64,000 bases of DNA, from NCBI GenBank assembly GCA_019058445.1, contig JAHPZA010000006.1, forward strand, positions 1,068,843 to 1,132,842. Reading direction: 5' to 3'. The translations under genes and the position numbers were made by a program. Origin of the DNA: Promethearchaeota archaeon. GTDB lineage: Archaea; Asgardarchaeota; Lokiarchaeia; Sigyniarchaeales; SOKP01. Below the pieces are notes generated by a model. The model saw only the letters and a list, made by a program, of their open reading frames with translations. It ran no database searches and was not told the origin of the DNA. This document shows positions 20,502 to 30,448 of the stretch, in pieces. Position 1 is the first letter of the stretch. The number at the start of each line of letters is the position of its first letter.

Positions 20502-21647
20502 CTATTCGACTATACAAATTCTTAGCTCATCATAATCAACAATAACTTTATAGAGTCCTTTCATCTCTTCATCCAATTTCGGATCTCTTGTGTCTAATCT
20601 TAAAATCTGATGGGGGATATTTTGAAGCTTAAATTTTGTAGAAATAATTATGATGTTTTTATTCCCGACTTTTTTTAGAATATGAGGAGTAAATTGTAAA
20701 TTACCTCGACCAAAAAGAAAACCTTGTCTTCCAATCAGGGAAACAATGATTTTGGTTTTATTTCCTTGTATATGGTTTAAAATTTGTTTTTCATTTAAAT
20801 CTGATGCAATAATCTGTTTTTTTAATAATATATCTACGCCTAGCATAGTTTTCTCTTGGTTTAATGCGTCAGTAATAGCTTTCGTCGTCGTTCCCGGACC
20901 TATTAAATAATATACATCATCCTCAAGTTCTTCAATTATTCGTTTTGCGATTCTTTCTTGATTATTTAAATCTGAATTAGGAGAGCCCATTTTAGATAAT
21001 TGAGAATAGTCGGGATTAAATGGTGTAAGCAAATATCCATATAATTTTGAGACCAGCTTTCCTTTTCGATATTCTTCTTCATCAATATCTAGAACTTCCG
21101 ATTCCTTAAGTGCAGCTTCTCCCCATAAGAATTGCATAGTAATGGAACTTGCTAATTTTGGATTAATCGAAAACACACTAGAATAAATTTTTACTCCAGA
21201 GGGAATTCCCAAGCACGGTTTACTCATGTCGATAGTTGATACAATATCACGTGCCGTACCGTCACCACCTACGAATAATATTAATTGTAGTTCCGGGATA
21301 TCTTGCATTTTTTTAGCAGCTATTTTCGTGTGGGCAGCAGTCGTATCAAAAACACCTTTCACTTTGTTATAAAGAGGATGGTTAATAATTTCATAATCAA
21401 ATTCCATTTCTTTTAAAATAAATTCTCCCATGTTTCCGGGGCATGAGTAAAATTTTAATCTTGGTTTAATCGATGTTAATTCTTTTAACAATTCTTTTGT
21501 TCTGTTCATTGCGTTTGGTCTTGCTCCTAATTCAATGGCTTTCTTTAATATTTCATTCCCATCAGTTCCTTTAAGTCCTACTGATCCTCCCATCCCTGAA
21601 ATTGGATTTACAATTAATCCTAAAACAAATTTATTCTGTTTACTCAA
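20502..21647 (-). CDS. ATP-NAD kinase family protein
   Basis: NPISGMGG..GLKGTDG, GGDGTARD, GRGNLQ. Confidence 0.88.
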   Translation of the reverse strand: MSKQNKFVLGLIVNPISGMGGSVGLKGTDGNEILKKAIELGARPNAMNRTKELLKELTSIKPRLKFYSCPGNMGEFILKEMEFDYEIINHPLYNKVKGVFDTTAAHTKIAAKKMQDIPELQLILFVGGDGTARDIVSTIDMSKPCLGIPSGVKIYSSVFSINPKLASSITMQFLWGEAALKESEVLDIDEEEYRKGKLVSKLYGYLLTPFNPDYSQLSKMGSPNSDLNNQERIAKRIIEELEDDVYYLIGPGTTTKAITDALNQEKTMLGVDILLKKQIIASDLNEKQILNHIQGNKTKIIVSLIGRQGFLFGRGNLQFTPHILKKVGNKNIIIISTKFKLQNIPHQILRLDTRDPKLDEEMKGLYKVIVDYDELRICIVE

Positions 21648-21721
21648 TAGAATCCCTTAGAATAGGTAAAAAAAAGAAAAAAATTAAAAGAATTTTATGG
21701 AAAATTTAAAGTAATTTACTA

Positions 21722-22114
21722 CTAACCTGTAAAGGCTTTATAGGCTGCTTCATCTAATAGATTCCCTTTTTCTGCGTCCCAATTGGAAGGATCAATTTTA
21801 TAAAGCCAAGCACTTAACGCATCTTCGTTGATTTTTTCTGGCTCGTCCATCAAATCGGAGTTTACAGCGGTAACTGCACCGCTTACAGGGGAATAAATAT
21901 CACCAACTGCTTTACTTGATTCAACGGTACAATCAATAGGATCGCTAGCTGGCTCATCTCCATCCATCTTTACTTGCTCAAGAGTAGCACCCTCAAGTCC
22001 CTCAACATCAACGAAAGAAATCTCACCTAATTGCTCAGCAGCATAAGGTGTGATTCCTACTTCTTTTGTCCCATCATCAAACCATTGATGGGTTTTTGTG
22101 AACCATTTTGCCAT
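21722..22114 (-). CDS. gcvH: glycine cleavage system H protein
   Basis: GIT.YA..QLG, lipoyl site VESSKA, SPVSG; ATG at 22114. Confidence 0.9.
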   Translation of the reverse strand: MAKWFTKTHQWFDDGTKEVGITPYAAEQLGEISFVDVEGLEGATLEQVKMDGDEPASDPIDCTVESSKAVGDIYSPVSGAVTAVNSDLMDEPEKINEDALSAWLYKIDPSNWDAEKGNLLDEAAYKAFTG

Positions 22115-22249
22115 GGTTTTTTTCACTTCTTTTATATTTAAGTTTTTTATGTTATTAAATTAAATTGAATTTAAGTTTATAATAGAATTAATTATAGTAA
22201 AAATATAAAAGTTTTTTATTAGACTTACTCTAAAAAGTTTTAGGATAAA

Positions 22250-23086
22250 ATGACTACTTCTCTACAAGATCAAATAAATTTTTATGTCGAATTTAAAGAG
22301 CGGTATTTTGAAATCATTAGAGATTTTGGGTTTAGTTATCAACAAGATTGTGAGGCACGTAATTATCTTTTTAGACTTTTAAACCAAAAAGGAGAAAAAT
22401 GGGATTCTGAAAGTATATTACGTTCTTTTAGTGATTTATTTCAAGAAAAGAAAATAGTTTTGATATACGGATGCGGGCCTTCATTAGAGATTACTGTTGA
22501 TTACCTGCTTAGGGAATGTGGTAAGGAATTATTTAGAAAGTGTATTAATCTTGCGGCAGATGGGGCATCCATTTTATTACGGGAAAGGGAAATTCCCGTT
22601 GAGGCTATCTTTTCTGACCTTGATGGAATTACGAAAGTTGAGTTTAATTATCCAGAATTCTTTATTATCCATGCGCATGGTGATAATATAGGAAAGATGA
22701 GCCATTTTAAAGAAGAAATCCTTATGTTCCCAAATATAATAGGAACTACTCAAGTAGAGCCAATTGATACGATTTTAAACCCCGGAGGGTTCACAGACGG
22801 AGATCGAATCTTATATTTCATAAGAGCCCTCTTGCAACCTCACAACACAATTTATTTTATTGGAATGGATTTTAATGAGATAATTGGAAGATATTCTAAA
22901 CCGAATTTAACGGAAAATCATCAAGGGACTCCAATGAAACTAAAAAAACTGGAATATGCTATAAAATTAATAGAATGTTTAATAGAGAAAATGAGTAATG
23001 AAATTTTTTTCTTAAATTCGAAAATTGCGTCAAATAGATTTAAATATCTAACGATAAAAGAGTTCGCAGAACATCTGAAAAAATAA
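22250..23086 (+). CDS. mptE: 6-hydroxymethyl-7,8-dihydropterin pyrophosphokinase (DUF115)
   Basis: GCGPSL, AADGA, SDLDG, HAHGDN, GGFTDGDR. Confidence 0.85.
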   Translation: MTTSLQDQINFYVEFKERYFEIIRDFGFSYQQDCEARNYLFRLLNQKGEKWDSESILRSFSDLFQEKKIVLIYGCGPSLEITVDYLLRECGKELFRKCINLAADGASILLREREIPVEAIFSDLDGITKVEFNYPEFFIIHAHGDNIGKMSHFKEEILMFPNIIGTTQVEPIDTILNPGGFTDGDRILYFIRALLQPHNTIYFIGMDFNEIIGRYSKPNLTENHQGTPMKLKKLEYAIKLIECLIEKMSNEIFFLNSKIASNRFKYLTIKEFAEHLKK

Positions 23087-23093
23087 CGAGAGT

Positions 23094-23918
23094 CTAGATT
23101 TTATAATCCGAAATACCCTGTGATGTTATTCTAAATACGACTTTTTTTTCCGGTAAATCCTCGGAATTAACTAGATGGACATAATTCTTCTCTTCCTTGT
23201 AACTTAGATATAAGTATTCTGAGAAAAAATGATTTATAAATTGATTTCCAACGGGAAATTCATGGATAATAGCATTTTTAATAAAATTAGGAAAAACTTG
23301 AGCTGTAGCAATTAATATTATATTAAAGTTTTTAAGAAGGGTATCTATATTTTCTAATACTTTTAAATACGCAGTTTTAAGGCTATAAAAAGAAGTTTCT
23401 TTATTACCTTGCTCGGCCCGATAGAAATTATTAATTGAATCTATAATAACTAAATACTTTTTGTTTATTTTTAATTGATTTTCAATTTCTTTTAATTTGA
23501 GCAACAAAGCTGAAGAACTCATAATTTTTGATACTTTAATGCTCTTGAGAACCTCTCGATAATCAAGTGAACTTGCAGTTGCTATTTCATTTATTCTTTC
23601 AGGTCGAAAGGTATTTTCACAATCAAGAAAAAAAGTAAAGGTAAAATCTTTCTTTTTAGTAATTTCTTTTTGGGTAATAAAATATTTATATGCCTGTACA
23701 CATAAATTCAAGCAAATTTGAGTTTTTCCAGTGCTATTTGCCCCATATATTAAATATTTTTTATTTAAACAAAATCCACTATTTAAAATATTTGTGAAAT
23801 TCTTTGAATCCAAAGGCAGAAAAAAGCTTGTTTCGTCAGCTTTTTTTATTTTTTTTAAAATAGAAGCTTTTGGAATGAATTGTTTATTATTAATATTTAA
23901 TATTTCCAACAAATCCAT
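23094..23918 (-). CDS. RadA/Rad51 paralog (ATPase core only)
   Basis: Walker A GANSTGKT, DCENTFRPER, IIDS. Confidence 0.85.
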   Translation of the reverse strand: MDLLEILNINNKQFIPKASILKKIKKADETSFFLPLDSKNFTNILNSGFCLNKKYLIYGANSTGKTQICLNLCVQAYKYFITQKEITKKKDFTFTFFLDCENTFRPERINEIATASSLDYREVLKSIKVSKIMSSSALLLKLKEIENQLKINKKYLVIIDSINNFYRAEQGNKETSFYSLKTAYLKVLENIDTLLKNFNIILIATAQVFPNFIKNAIIHEFPVGNQFINHFFSEYLYLSYKEEKNYVHLVNSEDLPEKKVVFRITSQGISDYKI

Positions 23919-24029
23919 TTTTTTCTATAAACTTATTTCTTTTTATATTATTAATCTACTCTTGAAATACATTTAATTTTTTGTATATTTGGAAATTTCA
24001 TGGTAAAACCGAAAAGTTAATTTTCAAAC

Positions 24030-24083
24030 GTATCTTGTTATTAATAAATCGATTAGAAATTTAGTATCTTGTTATTAATAAAT
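24030..24083. repeat. perfect 20-bp direct repeat GTATCTTGTTATTAATAAAT (24030-24049 and 24064-24083)
   Basis: exact match read from sequence; lies in a divergent intergenic region. Confidence 0.85.
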
Positions 24084-24165
24084 TCTCCATTTAAGTTGAA
24101 TTAATATATACACCTTAAGAAGAATTAATTTCAATATTATTTAAAGCGAAAGGTAGATTACCCTT

Positions 24166-24789
24166 ATGGCAAAGAAAAAGAAAGAAACGTGTCCTTACTG
24201 TGGAAAAAGTTTTGCCTATCTCTCCAGACATAAATGTAAGATTAAAGAGCGTGTAGAAGGAGGAGTAGAAGACAAGACGGAAGCAGAACGCAGGATTGAA
24301 AGAATAGAAGAAACAAGAAAGCAAATTGGACGTACGCTGAAAAAAGATGAGAAAATAGTACTTAATCTCATAAATCGAAAAAAGGAAGTGTATTTTGATC
24401 AGCTTTTAGAGCTTACAAACAAGAATCGAGACGATTTAGAAGAGATTTTAGAAGTTTTATCATTACAATCACGTATAAAATTAAATCGTGAACTGATAGA
24501 CAGCTCTTGGACAAAGAGAATTAATTCCATTGAAGAATATGAAGATATTAAGGTAAAAGATGTAAAAGTTAATAAGAAAAAGAAAGATTTTATATGGAAT
24601 CTTTTTGGATATCAACCATGCTTTATTTGTCCTTATGTTGTTGACAGATGTAATGATACAAATCCCAACAAATTAAATCCTCATCATTGTCCTTGGTTAA
24701 CTGAATGGATTGAAGCTTCTGTAGAGGGTAGGGAATATAAGGTAAACTTTGAAGAAATTGAAACCAATGGACAGATTGAAGAATTATAG
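24166..24789 (+). CDS. RPC34/RPC39 / TFE-beta-like protein with N-terminal zinc finger
   Basis: winged-helix-like middle; C-terminal PCFICP...C...PHHCPWLTEW resembles the RPC34 [4Fe-4S] motif; N-terminal CPYC...HKC. Confidence 0.7.
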   Translation: MAKKKKETCPYCGKSFAYLSRHKCKIKERVEGGVEDKTEAERRIERIEETRKQIGRTLKKDEKIVLNLINRKKEVYFDQLLELTNKNRDDLEEILEVLSLQSRIKLNRELIDSSWTKRINSIEEYEDIKVKDVKVNKKKKDFIWNLFGYQPCFICPYVVDRCNDTNPNKLNPHHCPWLTEWIEASVEGREYKVNFEEIETNGQIEEL

Positions 24790-24822
24790 TTTTAATATTC
24801 ATATAAATTAGGATGATTTCAT

Positions 24823-25461
24823 TTATTTTTTCTTTAAACCTATTATATATATCTCATTGCTGCCCTTCTTTGAGGCTTTTGGCTTGTAACTCTTGACAAT
24901 TTGGAATTCATACTTCATTTGTTTCATTAATTTATTAAAATCCTGTCCTTGAAATGTCTTAAGAACTAAAATTCCTTTGTATCTCAAATTTTTTCGGGCA
25001 ATCTCTAAAATACTATAACAGAGTTGATTTTGTCTAATTTGATCTGAAAATTTATTACCTGATTTATTTATTGACGCATCAGAAAGAATGATATCTAACT
25101 TATTACTTTTAAAAAATATCTCAATTTCATTTTGAAATTCTGGCGTATTAAAGTCCATTTTAACTGTCTTAACATCGTCAATAGGAGATATGTTTTTGAG
25201 GTCAACTCCCAGAATTTTAAAATGATCGCGATGATAGTATTGGTCTTTATATTTTTCTAAATTTTCTTCAGCAATTTTTCTTGATATTTGTAACCAGGAG
25301 CCTGGTGCACTTCCCAAATCCAATATATAAAACGCTCTTTTAAAAATATTAAACCTTTTTTGAATATCTAACAGTTTATAGGCAGATCTTGCACGAAACC
25401 CTTTTTGCTTTGCTTGTTTGTAATGTGGATCGTTTCTATGGACATGTGGATCTTTAGGCAC
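24823..25461 (-). CDS. rlmE: 23S rRNA 2'-O-methyltransferase RlmE/FtsJ
   Basis: RARSAYKL, DLGSAPGSW, ILSD, K..F, SNEIY. Confidence 0.93.
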   Translation of the reverse strand: MPKDPHVHRNDPHYKQAKQKGFRARSAYKLLDIQKRFNIFKRAFYILDLGSAPGSWLQISRKIAEENLEKYKDQYYHRDHFKILGVDLKNISPIDDVKTVKMDFNTPEFQNEIEIFFKSNKLDIILSDASINKSGNKFSDQIRQNQLCYSILEIARKNLRYKGILVLKTFQGQDFNKLMKQMKYEFQIVKSYKPKASKKGSNEIYIIGLKKK

Positions 25462-25462
25462 C

Positions 25463-26713
25463 TTAGTTCACGAATTCCTTTTTTTTAATTTCTAATAAGC
25501 AGTTTTGAAGAGATATTAAATCCATATTTGTTTTTATTGATAAATAATCAAAGTGGGTCCTTGACACTTTATACCCTTTTTTTTTAATAATTTGAATAAT
25601 CTCTTCGATTTTTGGCACATAAGGAAGTTTTAATCTTTGGCAAAGCTTATGGAGATTATAATATGAGATTGGCATATTTATCTCATCAATTACTAAATTC
25701 AAGAGTTTATGGATTCTCCTTCCATTATAATACTTAAGATTGTTATTTAAATCAATTAATTTATTAATAAATTCTTCATGATGCATTTGGCCAATCCATA
25801 ACGGCCCAGCATAGTCTATTTTTTCAATGTTATCACATGACGGGCATTTACGTGGCAATTGCAATGGGTTTCTATTAAAAGCTTTACGGTAATGACATTT
25901 CTTGCAGTGTACAATATATCCATAATTGTTAAAGGAGGTTGAAATCCGATTTTTATTTTTCAGAGTCAAACAGAATATCCTTACAAAGTGGTTTGCATAA
26001 AACGTAAGTAATGGAAAAATTCCCATCCCATTTATGTTTGCCATACGAGAAATAAAATTAAGTAAAATACGAGCGCCGATTTCTTTGCAATATTCAGTAT
26101 GTAGAGGTTTAGACATATATTTTCGAATGCAAGCGTTTGGTCTTATACCAAATAAAACTGCTGTATCCGTAGCAGTTACACATAATAATCCATTTATTCT
26201 CTGAATTGCTTTAAAAGCAGAATCTAAGTAGAGATTTGGAGTCCCGAAGGGATCTATTGAAATGATATTTGGTTTCTTTAATAATACTTCAGATTCAATT
26301 GAAGTTTTTTGAGCAATTTCAGTAAATAAAAAATTTGCATCCTTTCTAGAAATGATAATTTGAATTTGAGAATTATCTAATTCGTTTGCTGAAATGCTTT
26401 TATGAATTAATTCAACCGCTAAAGGATTTACATCATTAATATATATGGTATGAATATTATCACATTCTTTTAACATTCGAATGGAACTAATTCCAGAAGC
26501 AGCCATAGAATCTACAATGATTAACTTGTCTGGATTATATAGTTCATTATATGCCATTACGGCTAGATTTGAGATGTCACGATTTAACTCCATCTTTTTG
26601 TTATAAAAGACATGCATCGATTTTGAGGGAATAGAATCTTTATCAGAACTATGCACATATATTTCTGCTGTGTTTTCTCGAATAAGTATGAGATCTTTTT
26701 TTTCCATTTTCAA
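25463..26713 (-). CDS. trm1: tRNA (guanine26-N2)-dimethyltransferase
   Basis: VFYN..MELNRD, IDPFGTP, TATD, GPLW, SRTHF. Confidence 0.95.
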   Translation of the reverse strand: MKMEKKDLILIRENTAEIYVHSSDKDSIPSKSMHVFYNKKMELNRDISNLAVMAYNELYNPDKLIIVDSMAASGISSIRMLKECDNIHTIYINDVNPLAVELIHKSISANELDNSQIQIIISRKDANFLFTEIAQKTSIESEVLLKKPNIISIDPFGTPNLYLDSAFKAIQRINGLLCVTATDTAVLFGIRPNACIRKYMSKPLHTEYCKEIGARILLNFISRMANINGMGIFPLLTFYANHFVRIFCLTLKNKNRISTSFNNYGYIVHCKKCHYRKAFNRNPLQLPRKCPSCDNIEKIDYAGPLWIGQMHHEEFINKLIDLNNNLKYYNGRRIHKLLNLVIDEINMPISYYNLHKLCQRLKLPYVPKIEEIIQIIKKKGYKVSRTHFDYLSIKTNMDLISLQNCLLEIKKKEFVN

Positions 26714-26846
26714 ATTATGATAAATTTCACTGACTAAAGTAAATATTGTAAATCTAAAAATGATAAAAATTGGACTAACTTTTTATCTTATATAATTCCA
26801 CATTAAATATCTTAAAAAAAAAATATATTATAAAAAGGAAAGTGAT

Positions 26847-27308
26847 ATGATAAAAATTTGGATAATTTATCACACAAAACACGGCAACTGTAAAAGCGCG
26901 TGTGAAAATCTAAAAAGAATTTTATGCGAAAAATTTGATGTGTCCATTGGAGATGTAGCTAATATAAAACCTGAAGTAGTTGCAAAAGATTCACCCCATC
27001 TTTTAATTGTAGGATCTCGAATTATTATAGGCAGCCCAGATAAGAAAGTTAAGAAATTTGTAAATAAACTTGGTTCGAATTTAAAAAATCCAATCTCTAA
27101 AGCAGCTACACTCTATACTCATTCTTTAGAGTGGGATTCAGAATATGCTAAAATGGCAAGAATTTTAGAAGATAATAAGATTGTTAAAGAAGTTTTACCA
27201 GAAATCTTAAATATTAAGATGGTAAAAACAAAAGGACCTGCGGAACCAAATCAGGACAAAAATATTAATGCATTCGCTGAAAAAGTAGCCGAGTATATTA
27301 TAAAATGA
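26847..27308 (+). CDS. flavodoxin-like protein
   Basis: IYHTKHGNC N-terminal flavodoxin loop. Confidence 0.7.
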   Translation: MIKIWIIYHTKHGNCKSACENLKRILCEKFDVSIGDVANIKPEVVAKDSPHLLIVGSRIIIGSPDKKVKKFVNKLGSNLKNPISKAATLYTHSLEWDSEYAKMARILEDNKIVKEVLPEILNIKMVKTKGPAEPNQDKNINAFAEKVAEYIIK

Positions 27309-27332
27309 GGTTTTATTAAAAATGATAACTTT

Positions 27333-28322
27333 TTATTTTCCTATTTCTTTAAACCAATTTACAGCAGTATTACTTCCAATTAGTCCACCACAGGTTGTAG
27401 CATGAATTTTAGTGATGTTATCTTTGGTCAGAGGTTCAATATCCTCCATTTTTTTGATCTCATTTTGATTTCCTATAAGTAGAAATTCACCTCCTAACGT
27501 TTTGGCAATGAAAGCTAACGGGAGCCACTCATAAAACAGTCTTAATTTTGGTTTTGGTGAAGGAAAATAAGTATATACTCCACCATATAATAAAATTGCA
27601 TGGAAATCACCTACAAAACTCCCACTATATCTATCTTTAAAATGATTGTTGATAAGTTTTTTTTCAAATTCTTTACATTTCGGAGACCATTGAGTAGAAT
27701 CTCCCCCTAAACATCGTATTCCCCCTTTTTCTGGATTAGGAAGATTTAGTAAATCTCGGAATATATAATGATAAAATGTCATTGAATAGGGAGTTGTGTC
27801 TAAATAAAATTCAGCGACGAGACCATTCACTGCTAAAACTAAATTTGTGAAAATTCCATAAAGTACATAAAATGAGCACACAATTTTCCCTTCACGATTA
27901 TAAATACCAACTATTGTACCCACGGTTCTATTCACCGCAACGTTTGAAGAACCATCAACGGGATCGGTGGTTATTCCAAACGTCCCATTACTCGTGATAG
28001 GTTCAGCTTCTTCAGAGGCGATAAATGCATAGTCAGTATCTCCCTCTTGAATTGCCTTTAATATAATTGAATGGGTAAGTACATCTTCGTGAATTTGCTC
28101 CTCATCATATACATTCTTCGTATCTTCTAATGGCGCTTCAATCGACATCCTGTATTGGATTTCTCGAGAAGTTAGTCCTTTCTCTAATAAACCTCTTATA
28201 GGAATTGTTGCTTCCGCAATAATCTCAATTAAATTAATCAAATCTCCTTTATCAGGGAAATAATGCGGTATATTGGATTCTAACCATTTAGAAAGCTTAA
28301 TTTTTTCTTTTTTATCGCTCAT
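27333..28322 (-). CDS. fbp: fructose-1,6-bisphosphatase class I
   Basis: SEE, DPVDGSSN, RYSGS.VGDFH, KLRL.YE. Confidence 0.9.
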   Translation of the reverse strand: MSDKKEKIKLSKWLESNIPHYFPDKGDLINLIEIIAEATIPIRGLLEKGLTSREIQYRMSIEAPLEDTKNVYDEEQIHEDVLTHSIILKAIQEGDTDYAFIASEEAEPITSNGTFGITTDPVDGSSNVAVNRTVGTIVGIYNREGKIVCSFYVLYGIFTNLVLAVNGLVAEFYLDTTPYSMTFYHYIFRDLLNLPNPEKGGIRCLGGDSTQWSPKCKEFEKKLINNHFKDRYSGSFVGDFHAILLYGGVYTYFPSPKPKLRLFYEWLPLAFIAKTLGGEFLLIGNQNEIKKMEDIEPLTKDNITKIHATTCGGLIGSNTAVNWFKEIGK

Positions 28323-28539
28323 TTTAAATGAAAATAATTTTATCTAGCAGTTTAAAATATTGAACTATTTTAGATAACAAATTATATCTTAAAGTTTTTT
28401 TTGAAAATTTTAATTCCAATCGAATAATTAGAAAATAAGTGTTATATAGAATATTTATACTATATATTTCATATATACAAAGATTAAATTAGTTAACCCA
28501 CCATCATATTCTCAGAGAACATCATTGAGGTGAAAACCA

Positions 28540-29655
28540 TTGTTCATGAAGCAACTTATCAAAATTAAGTTATTATTAAAACAAAATTGTGTGGCATTTT
28601 CAATCGTTATCTTCTGGTTTTTTATCAATTTCCTCTATTTTTCTAATGTAACACACAATGTTGCAGAAGGCGCATTAATTGTGTTTTTCTTTATAGAACA
28701 TAGTAGTTTATATGGGACTTTTTATTCTGCATTCACCGAATTCATTATCTTTGGTTTAGTATTTGGATTAATTACAGTAGAATTATTCCGAAAATATAAT
28801 CCATGTATTGCATCGAGAGAAGTGTCAAAAAAATATTCTAATCATGTAGTAATAATTGGATATACTCATATAGGTAAACGGATAGCGGCATATTTAGCAG
28901 ATAAGAGAATTAAATATGTAATTATTGAGGAAAATTATGATTTAGTAGAAGATCTCGTAATAAAAGAAGAAGCTGTGGTAAATGATACTCCCATAAATAT
29001 AGAAGCCTTAAAAGATGCAGGAGTTGAAAAAGCAAAAGCAGTGTTCGTTACTTCGAATGATTTTGAAATTCAATTAGTTGTAAATCATAATGTTAGAAGA
29101 CTTAATCCGTCTTGTAGGTTAATAGCTCGAATATTTGAGGATGATGTAGGAGAATTACTTTCAAAAACATATGGAGCGGAAACTATAAGTACGTCCAAGT
29201 ATGCTGCGGATGTTATTGTGAATAAAATTGGAAGGGCTAATTATAAAAAAGTACTCATAATTGGTTTGAATCATATCTCACTAAGGTTAATTAAAAAATT
29301 AAAGCCAAAAAATTATGTAAAGTTTCAACTAATTGAAGAAAATGAGGATTTAATAAGCGACTTTATTGATGATATGAATTATATTGTTGCAGGAGATCCA
29401 AAGGATTTAGTAACATTACAAAAAGTAAATATTGAACAAGTTGATTGCATAGTAAATACGATTCCTGATGTAAAAGATTCATTTTTAATCACAAAGCGAA
29501 TAAGAGATTTGAACAGTAGTTGTAAAATTATATCCAGATTTTTTTTGGATAGCGTTGCTGAAATCTTAGAAAAACCACCCTTTAGATCTGAAGTGATTAG
29601 TTCTTCAAAGCATACCTTAGAAATAATGATTCAAAAAGGGATGTTTGATTTCTAA
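28540..29655 (+). CDS. membrane-anchored tandem RCK (TrkA-N) protein, channel-like
   Basis: N-terminal hydrophobic segments; two Rossmann RCK domains (HVVIIGY, KVLIIGL). Confidence 0.75.
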   Translation: MFMKQLIKIKLLLKQNCVAFSIVIFWFFINFLYFSNVTHNVAEGALIVFFFIEHSSLYGTFYSAFTEFIIFGLVFGLITVELFRKYNPCIASREVSKKYSNHVVIIGYTHIGKRIAAYLADKRIKYVIIEENYDLVEDLVIKEEAVVNDTPINIEALKDAGVEKAKAVFVTSNDFEIQLVVNHNVRRLNPSCRLIARIFEDDVGELLSKTYGAETISTSKYAADVIVNKIGRANYKKVLIIGLNHISLRLIKKLKPKNYVKFQLIEENEDLISDFIDDMNYIVAGDPKDLVTLQKVNIEQVDCIVNTIPDVKDSFLITKRIRDLNSSCKIISRFFLDSVAEILEKPPFRSEVISSSKHTLEIMIQKGMFDF

Positions 29656-29687
29656 CTAAATCATCATTTTTTCATTTTAAAACAATT

Positions 29688-30377
29688 TTATCCAAACCCA
29701 TGTTCTGATAAATCGGATAAAAATTTTATCGATAATATTTCAGGTTCTCTTTTAGTTTTAAACTTTCTCATATTTAATTTCTTGGTTCTGCTAATTTTCA
29801 CAGAATTTTTGACCCAATAATCCATAACTTTCCCTCCACTTTGTACTTCTTTAGTAGAATTTTCATAACTTTTCCGGCTTAGCTCATTGACAACTAAAAT
29901 CTCAGTCCCATATACCTTATTTATGTAGCACAAATTTGCCAGTATTTGATTTAACTGATAATTAAGGTGGACATTTTTTTCTTTTTTGTCTTTGTTTAAT
30001 TCTAATCGATATAAATCAGTAATAGAATCTATCACAATTAAGTTTATTAAAGAATTATTTTCTTTTAAAGAAGAAAGGATTAAAAACTCAATATTTTGTA
30101 CAATCGGAATTAAATCTGCAAAAGTTAATGCTGATATGAAGATGATATTGTCTAAAATCTGTGAGGAATAATCATTAAGGAGTTTTCCAACCTTCTCATA
30201 GGGAAAGTTAGGTTTACTATAAATAAATACCACATTTCCTTTTTTAGCAGCTTTCATCGCTACTTGAAGAGCTAACGTGGTTTTACCAACTCCAAAATCT
30301 CCAAAAATAGATAAAATACCCGTAATTGGGTTAGAAGTATCAAAAAATTCATTTAATTTCGCAGTTGGAAAATTCAT
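29688..30377 (-). CDS. RadB-like RecA-family ATPase
   Basis: Walker A GDFGVGKT, IVIDSI..LYR, GG near C-terminus. Confidence 0.8.
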   Translation of the reverse strand: MNFPTAKLNEFFDTSNPITGILSIFGDFGVGKTTLALQVAMKAAKKGNVVFIYSKPNFPYEKVGKLLNDYSSQILDNIIFISALTFADLIPIVQNIEFLILSSLKENNSLINLIVIDSITDLYRLELNKDKKEKNVHLNYQLNQILANLCYINKVYGTEILVVNELSRKSYENSTKEVQSGGKVMDYWVKNSVKISRTKKLNMRKFKTKREPEILSIKFLSDLSEHGFG

Positions 30378-30448
30378 GATTAAAACTTTTTAATTTTATC
30401 GTTAATTAATATTAATAAGCTGGAAATTAAAAGATTAATATTTTTAAT

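Noticed and set aside
24030-24083. Direct repeat considered as a mini-CRISPR
   Set aside because: Only two 20-nt copies with a 14-nt spacer, and no cas genes in the window.
26280-26315. Hairpin ACTTCA...TGAAGT in a variable loop of trm1
   Set aside because: The flanks do not form a BHB and the ORF is intact.
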